Assembly: GCA_963823505.1 (NCBI GenBank)
Contig: CAWGLY010000004.1
Coordinates: 68,807-132,806, forward strand
Source of the DNA: an uncultured Acidimicrobiia bacterium
Lineage (GTDB): Bacteria; Actinomycetota; Acidimicrobiia; Spongiisociales; UBA5794
Reading direction: 5' to 3'
DNA length: 64,000 bases
Part shown: piece after piece, positions 58,568-64,000 of the stretch
How the letters are laid out: every line of letters starts with the position of its first letter
How positions within the stretch are numbered: the stretch's first letter is position 1
The notes under the pieces: generated by a model
What the model was told of the DNA's origin: nothing
What the model saw: the letters and a program-made list of their open reading frames with translations, nothing else
The model's database searches: none
Program-made: the position numbers and the translations under genes

Positions 58568-59950
58568 GTGCAGAGGACGACGTGGCTGTTCCAGGCCAAT
58601 CCACAAGTCTGGAATCTCGAAGAGAAGCTCGAACCGATGCAGATCGGCGACGAAGACACGTGGACGGTCTCTCGGTACAAAGCAGAGATTGCGGAAGGCG
58701 ACCGCGTGCTGCTCTGGCAATCTGGACCGCACGCAGGGTTGTATGCCGTCGGTCAGGTTGTCGGGGAGCTGTTCGAGCGCGACATCGAAGAGTCCCAAGC
58801 CAGCGGAGACAGCACCACCGCCATCGCCTATCGCCTGACCCGCAAGGTCGATCCACCGATTCTCCGGTCCGACGTCGTCAACCATCCGGTGCTCAAGGGC
58901 CTCCAGATCATCACGGCACCGCAGGGCTCGAACTTCAGAGTCACCGACGAGCAATGGGTGGAGCTGAAGAGGCTCATCGACGGCGGTCAGCGAATCGAGA
59001 AGGGTGTCGAAGAGCTCCCGGCGCGGACCTTCGACGAGATCTCGCTGTACATCGCCAATCAGGGACTCATCCTGACGGAACGCACGCTCCGGCGGTTCCA
59101 CGTTTCGCTCGCGACCCGTGGCTTCGTGGTGCTCAGCGGCGTCAGCGGTACGGGGAAGACGTGGCTCACCGAGGTGTACGCCGACGCCATCGGGGCGCGC
59201 TACCTGCTGGTTCCGGTCGCTCCCAACTGGACGACCAATGAAGATCTGCTGGGCTACCTCAACCCGCTGGACTCGGTTTACCACGACACAGTCTTCGGTC
59301 AGTTCCTGCGGGAGGCTGCCGAGGAGTGGGCCGCCGCAACCTCGGCCCAGCGAGAACCTCGCAAGTTCATCCTGACGCTGGACGAGATGAACCTGGCACG
59401 CGTGGAGTACTACTTCGCCAAGTTCCTCTCCGCAATGGAAGTGCGCTCACGCCGGGGGACCGCCGGCATCGAGCTTGCCCCCGACAAAACCGTAGAACTC
59501 ACCCCCAATCTGCTCTTCATCGGCACTGTCAACATCGACGAGACCACGCACGGTTTTGCGGACAAGGTGTTCGACAGGGCACAGCTGATCGAGCTCGAGG
59601 CGCCTCGCGAGGCGATCGCAGACCACATTGGCCAAGCGGCGTTTCGGGACACGCTGCTCGATGTCTACGACGCCGTGGCGACAGCCAAGCCTTTTGCGTT
59701 CCGGGTCGTCGACGAGATCAAGAGCTACGTTGGCGAGTCCGAGGGCCTCGACGTCGACTGGCCGGAATCTGTCGATGAGCAGATTCTCCAGAAGGTCCTC
59801 CCCAAGCTCACAGGAGCCGACCCGGCAGTGCGGTTTGCCCTGGAACAGCTCGTCAACATGGCCGAAGAGAATGGCTTGGGTTTGACCCTGGCCAAAGGGA
59901 AGCGGATGCTCGATGACTACGACCGAGACGGTTTCACCTCCTACTTCTGA
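58568..59950 (+). CDS. mcrB: McrB-family GTPase (AAA+) with N-terminal EVE/PUA-like modified-base-binding domain
   Basis: N-terminal EVE-like domain: WLFQANPQVWNLEE...RVLLWQSGPHAGLYAVGQV. AAA+ Walker A GVSGTGKT. McrB-specific motifs: NWTTNEDLLGY, TVNIDET. Confidence 0.8.
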   Translation: MQRTTWLFQANPQVWNLEEKLEPMQIGDEDTWTVSRYKAEIAEGDRVLLWQSGPHAGLYAVGQVVGELFERDIEESQASGDSTTAIAYRLTRKVDPPILRSDVVNHPVLKGLQIITAPQGSNFRVTDEQWVELKRLIDGGQRIEKGVEELPARTFDEISLYIANQGLILTERTLRRFHVSLATRGFVVLSGVSGTGKTWLTEVYADAIGARYLLVPVAPNWTTNEDLLGYLNPLDSVYHDTVFGQFLREAAEEWAAATSAQREPRKFILTLDEMNLARVEYYFAKFLSAMEVRSRRGTAGIELAPDKTVELTPNLLFIGTVNIDETTHGFADKVFDRAQLIELEAPREAIADHIGQAAFRDTLLDVYDAVATAKPFAFRVVDEIKSYVGESEGLDVDWPESVDEQILQKVLPKLTGADPAVRFALEQLVNMAEENGLGLTLAKGKRMLDDYDRDGFTSYF

Positions 59951-61505
59951 CCTCGCGTTCCTCGATCGGACCGGGGTCGTCGTCGACGTCCCCGCCGAGT
60001 GGGAGCCCGCGCACGTGGTGCTTCCCGTTGAGGCGCAGGATGTGTCCGGCGTCGCCGTGATGGTGAACGGCCGGCCAGTCGAGGTGATCGTCAAATCGGT
60101 GGCAGGGTCGCTGCGCGTTGTGGCGCTCTGGCAACGCGCCGGGCCCGGATGGTTCGACATCGAGGTCACGCTCCCCAGTCACAATCTGCGGCGCCGGATC
60201 CGGGTGGAGCCAGGCAAGATCGACCATGCGGCGTTCGCACACCTCCTCCAGGATCTGGAGATCCGCCTTCCCGTCGCACTGGCCATCGCGCTGCGGGACG
60301 GTGGAGCCCGATTGGGTGTCCACCTCACTGATCCGGCCGAGCAAACGCTGGCCACGGAGGTCGCTCGCCTGCGGCGGGCTGTCGAAGGCGGAGGGAGGCC
60401 GGGGCTGGTCTCTGTGCTCGAAGAACTCGCCGAAGACCCTCATCGGATGCTCGTCAATGTGGGCCAGTGGGTGCGACGGGAGAGGGCCAGGCGACCGCAC
60501 GGTGCAGATCTGGCGCGATCGTTGTGGCGGGCCGGAAATGTCGAAGACGGGAAGATCCAGCAGGTTCTGGATCGGCGGGTAGAGCACACGGTCGATCTGT
60601 ACGAAAACCGATTGGTCAAGGCGTTCACGACCGAGGTCGACCGGCGGCTGCGGCGGCTCGGCGGTGTCCTCTCGGAGAGCGGGAACACGGATCTCCACGA
60701 CGAGATCTCCGGCTTGCTCGTCAAACTGACGAGGGCACAGCGGGCAGCCTTCTTCCTCAGTGAGGTTGGCCAGCTCCGCAGCGCGCCTGATCGAGTGACG
60801 ATGGTGCTCCTCAAACGCAGGGAGTATCGGGCGGCGTACGAGGGCTTCCTCGAGTTCCGCCGGCGGATGAGCGTGCACCTCGACGAGCCTGCGCTGGCCG
60901 AGCCATTGCGAAACCTGCCCTACCTGTATCAAGTGTGGGGTGCGTTGTTGGTGGTCGAGGCGGTCCTGGCGGCCGGCGTCGCCTCCGGTTTCCGTGTGGT
61001 GAGCCAGCGGATCGTCTGGCCCAATCGTGGCGGGATGTACCTCAAGGTTCTGAAAGACAACCAACCGGCAGTGGAGCTTCGCAATTCTGTGGGGGATCGG
61101 CTGCGACTGTACTCAGAGCGGCAGTACGGCGGACAGACAAGTCCCTTCCGCTCGATCAGCTTTGCGCAACGTCCCGACGTTGCCTTGGAACTCCAGCGAT
61201 TCGACGGGACACATGAGGTGTATCTGTTCGACCCGAAGTACAAGCTCGACAGCGAGTTCGGCGCCGACGCAGCGGATGGCAAGCCGAAGAAGGTCGACAT
61301 CGACAAGATGCATGCATACCGGGACGCCATCCGAGACACCGAGGGCCTGCACTTGGTCCGACACGCCGCGACGCTGTATCCGGGAACCTCTGTGACCTAC
61401 GGCTCAGATGTCGCTGCGCTGCGGATGTATCCGGGGGAGGAAAGCGAGTTGCACCGATGGTTGGTGCGGGACCTGTCGGACTGGATCATGGGAGGCGGAC
61501 TATGA
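59913..61505 (+). CDS. mcrC: McrC-like nuclease (DUF2357 plus PD-(D/E)xK)
   Basis: Overlaps the mcrB stop. The C-terminal PD-(D/E)xK motif is DVALEL...VYLFDPKYK. The upstream region is DUF2357-like. Confidence 0.7.
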   Translation: MTTTETVSPPTSDLAFLDRTGVVVDVPAEWEPAHVVLPVEAQDVSGVAVMVNGRPVEVIVKSVAGSLRVVALWQRAGPGWFDIEVTLPSHNLRRRIRVEPGKIDHAAFAHLLQDLEIRLPVALAIALRDGGARLGVHLTDPAEQTLATEVARLRRAVEGGGRPGLVSVLEELAEDPHRMLVNVGQWVRRERARRPHGADLARSLWRAGNVEDGKIQQVLDRRVEHTVDLYENRLVKAFTTEVDRRLRRLGGVLSESGNTDLHDEISGLLVKLTRAQRAAFFLSEVGQLRSAPDRVTMVLLKRREYRAAYEGFLEFRRRMSVHLDEPALAEPLRNLPYLYQVWGALLVVEAVLAAGVASGFRVVSQRIVWPNRGGMYLKVLKDNQPAVELRNSVGDRLRLYSERQYGGQTSPFRSISFAQRPDVALELQRFDGTHEVYLFDPKYKLDSEFGADAADGKPKKVDIDKMHAYRDAIRDTEGLHLVRHAATLYPGTSVTYGSDVAALRMYPGEESELHRWLVRDLSDWIMGGGL

Positions 61506-61828
61506 GGCAAGTGATTGCGTCGGCCTGGCACGGTGGCTACTCATCGACCAGCGACGGTACATACGGTGTTCGGTTTCGCGGAGATGATCGATACGCGATG
61601 GTCGACGGCGACCGGGCCACGGTCATACTGCGGTTGTCGGGCAGAGCGTCAGCAGTAACGGTCGACGTGACCCCGGGCTTCTGGCGGAAGTGCCCGGAAC
61701 TCCGCCATCGTGAGATCGGACGATGGCTTCGCGAGCTCGGCCTGGTGCCATGGCCGAAGGGTCGGCCCCCGAAGCTTCGTGTGTCTCGCACGGAAGGCAA
61801 GGCTGAGCTGTACGTCGAACCGGCGTAG
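61502..61828 (+). CDS. small hypothetical protein translationally coupled to mcrC
   Basis: The ATGA overlap puts its start on the mcrC stop. A 108-aa intact frame (MRQVIASAWHGGYSS...). Confidence 0.45.
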   Translation: MRQVIASAWHGGYSSTSDGTYGVRFRGDDRYAMVDGDRATVILRLSGRASAVTVDVTPGFWRKCPELRHREIGRWLRELGLVPWPKGRPPKLRVSRTEGKAELYVEPA

Positions 61829-61949
61829 GAGCGATGGCCGGCGGATCGACCGTCCTACAGCGGCGGGTCGTCCAGACTCTCGACGGCCACGCGAGACGGT
61901 CGATTCATTGTCGGTGACGATTCTGAGGTTCCGTTCGTCCACGTGCCGA

Positions 61950-62324
61950 TCACAGAACGATTGCCTCGCTGAGGGGTTTGTCGAGGTATGCAAACCATCC
62001 GGCGAGTGGGGCGCAAAGCGGGCCGACGACGACCTTGTTGATGCGCCCCCGACGGTTCTCGATGACGCACCAACGAACAAGAGGGTCCTGGTCGTGCATG
62101 GCGATGACCTGCTCGACGGCTTGCCTCGTTGTATCAGCATTGAGGTGGATGCGGTGATCGCCGACGGTCGAGTAGACCCAAGGTTGGCCGCCGAAGGAGG
62201 CGGTGCTTCCGATCGTGTTTGCCTTCGATTCGCTGAGCCACCAACCCAGAGCGTCGAGCAGTTCCGTCTTGCTCGTCAACTGCAGCCGCCGAGGGAGATG
62301 TCCCTGTGCGTCCAGTTCGTACAT
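61950..62324 (-). CDS. hypothetical protein
   Basis: An intact frame starting at MYELDAQGHLPRR. The upstream part of the 188-aa ORF is low-complexity. Confidence 0.35.
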   Translation of the reverse strand: MYELDAQGHLPRRLQLTSKTELLDALGWWLSESKANTIGSTASFGGQPWVYSTVGDHRIHLNADTTRQAVEQVIAMHDQDPLVRWCVIENRRGRINKVVVGPLCAPLAGWFAYLDKPLSEAIVL

Positions 62325-62576
62325 GGAATGCGTCCTTTCGCGAGGTCGGTTGCCCCATGCTCTACGTTCGCCTCGACTTCTCCCAAATGATCGTCGGCTG
62401 CGCACAAGGGACAGAAAGCAGGCATGGTTCGATCCTTCCTGGTCTTCACGAACTCTCGCAGCCGATGCCGTCGTTGTCGCCATCGAGGCCGTATTCGTCC
62501 CAGCCCACCACCGCACCGTCGTGGTTGTGGTCCACGTGCATTTGGCGAGGGAAAACGTCGTCGTGGTCCGCCCCCC

Positions 62577-62753
62577 TCATCGCCTCCGGTCGTGGACGGA
62601 TATCGAGACGATCGGGGAATCGGCGGCTCCCACCCGCAGCGCCTCCTTCAGGAGGGCCTCGACTTCCGCCTTCGACAGCACCGGTGTCGGCAGGAACTCG
62701 TCGGTGAGCTTGACCCTGATGGATGCGCCGTATTCCTTCGTCGGTTCGGCCAT
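62577..62753 (-). CDS. small hypothetical protein (DUF3107-like?)
   Basis: A 58-aa frame, MAEPTKEYGASIRVKLTDEFLPTPVLSKAEVEALLKEALRV. The upstream ORF portion is low-complexity. Confidence 0.3.
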   Translation of the reverse strand: MAEPTKEYGASIRVKLTDEFLPTPVLSKAEVEALLKEALRVGAADSPIVSISVHDRRR

Positions 62754-62860
62754 GCGAATCTCCTCGTGCGACCGGCCCAAGCTACCGCGCTGACGGAGAA
62801 TCCACCCCTCGCGCGCACTCCTAACCTCCGCGTGGTAGCGCGCCGAGCCAGGGAGCATCG

Positions 62861-64000
62861 ATGACCCTTCTCCATCCCCGTCACCTCGATCGGTCTTACC
62901 CCGACGAGCGGTCCGCCGAGGTGATGGCCAAACTCGTCGAGTTCTTCGAGGCGAAGGGCAAAGCCGCGCCTCAAGGACGACGACCACGATGCCGTCTGGT
63001 ACCAGGACTTCCTCGACTTCGTCGCCGCCGAGGGCATCTTCGCCACCATGTGCACGCCCGCCGGCTACGGCGCCGCCGACGCCCGCTGGGACACCTGGCG
63101 CATCTGCGAGTTCGCCGAGATCCTCGGCTTCTACGGCCTGCCCTACTGGTACACCTGGCAGGTCACCGTGCTCGGCCTCGGGCCCATCTGGATGTCCGAC
63201 AACGAGGCCGTCAAGCAGCGGACGGCGCAGCTCGCTGCAGGACGGCGCCATCTTCGCCTTCGGGCTGTCGGAGAAGGCGCACGGCGCCGACCTCTACTCC
63301 TCGGAGATGACGCTCACCCCCACCGGCGACGGCACCTACGTGGCCAACGGCTCCAAGTACTACATCGGCAACGGCAACCAGGCCGCCCTCGTCTCCACCT
63401 TCGGCAAGATGGCCGACACCGGCGAGTACGTGTTCTTCGCCGCCGAATCCGAGCCACCCCAACTACCGGCTGGTCAAGAACGTCGTCCACTCCCAGAACT
63501 ACGTGTCCGAGTTCGAGCTGGACGACTACCCGGTCACCGACGCCGACATCCTCCACGGCGGCGACGACGCCTGGGACGCCGCCCTCAACACCGTCAACAT
63601 CGGCAAGTACAACCTGGGCTGGGCGTCGATCGGCATCTGCACCCACGCCTTCTACGAGGCGATCCACCACGCCGCCCACCGCCACCTCTACGGCATGGCC
63701 GTCACCGACTTCCCCCACGTCAAGCGGCTCTTCACCGACGCCTACGCCCGCCTCGTCGCCATGAAGCTGTTCGCGCTGCGGGCCGCCGACTACATGCGGT
63801 CCGCCGCCGCCGACGACCGCCGCTACCTGCTGTACAACCCGGTGGTGAAGATGAAGGTCACCACCCAGGGCGAGGACGTCATCAACCACCTGTGGGACGT
63901 CATCGCCGCCAAGGGCTTCGAGAAGGACATGTACTTCGAGATGGCGGCCCGCGACATCCGGGCGCTGCCCAAGCTCGAGGGCACGGTGCACGTCAACATC
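62861..64000 (+). pseudogene. acyl-CoA dehydrogenase-family gene, at least 3 frameshifts, continues beyond window
   Basis: ACAD-like segments lie in three frames: ERSAEVMAKLVEFFEAKGKA; MCTPAGYGAADARWDTWRICEFAE...LGPIWMSDNEAVKQRTAQL; GAIFAFGLSEKAHGADLYSSEMTLTP...YYIGNGN; then NLGWASIGICTHAFYEAIHHA. Confidence 0.6.

Noticed and set aside
1-64000. Transposase, integrase or IS element delimiting the accessory or defence regions
   Set aside because: No DDE/serine/tyrosine recombinase motifs were found in any frame. The island boundary is inferred only from the GC drop and the AT-rich stretch.

Overview
This is 64 kb of high-GC (about 70%) DNA that is almost certainly Actinomycetota (F420-dependent enzyme families, three SARP/AfsR regulators, an MMPL transporter, AT-poor codons). 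I found no rRNA, tRNA, CRISPR array or transposase. All coordinates were derived by codon arithmetic from the supplied ORF track, and start codons are approximate.

The window divides into three parts:
- 1-31.5 kb is core-like metabolism and regulation. It holds an MMPL fragment, a Rieske oxygenase, a BNR-repeat lipoprotein, Mug glycosylase, a flavin halogenase-like enzyme, an MFS transporter fused to a cNMP-binding domain, and SARP regulators. It also holds an acetoin/2-oxoacid dehydrogenase operon (AcoX-like, E1 alpha, E1 beta, E2), an ABC-2 exporter, and MazEF and VapBC toxin-antitoxin pairs.
- Inside that part, one reading frame about 1850 aa long is interrupted by a single 1-nt frameshift. 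Its domains run SARP/BTAD, class III adenylate cyclase, Ser/Thr kinase, STAND P-loop NTPase, WD40 propeller.
- 31.5-48.7 kb is an accessory stretch organised around five paralogous Uma2-family (DUF820) nuclease genes. Four of them share an almost identical leader. Between them sit a CHAT(caspase-like)-TM-vWA protein, secreted beta-propeller and lipoproteins, a second VapBC, an M28 peptidase, F420-family enzymes and a voltage-gated K+ channel.
- 48.7-62 kb is a lower-GC defence island that begins at an AT-rich boundary. It carries a heavily frameshifted type I R-M locus (hsdM-hsdS-hsdR, with hsdR ending in a Schlafen/AlbA_2-like domain) next to intact genes. The intact genes are a NucS-like nuclease with a RAMA-like tail, an EVE-McrB GTPase, a McrC/DUF2357 nuclease and an overlapping small ORF.
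- The window ends in a frameshifted acyl-CoA dehydrogenase.

A structured element of about 120-150 nt with a wobble-covarying GC hairpin occurs three times.
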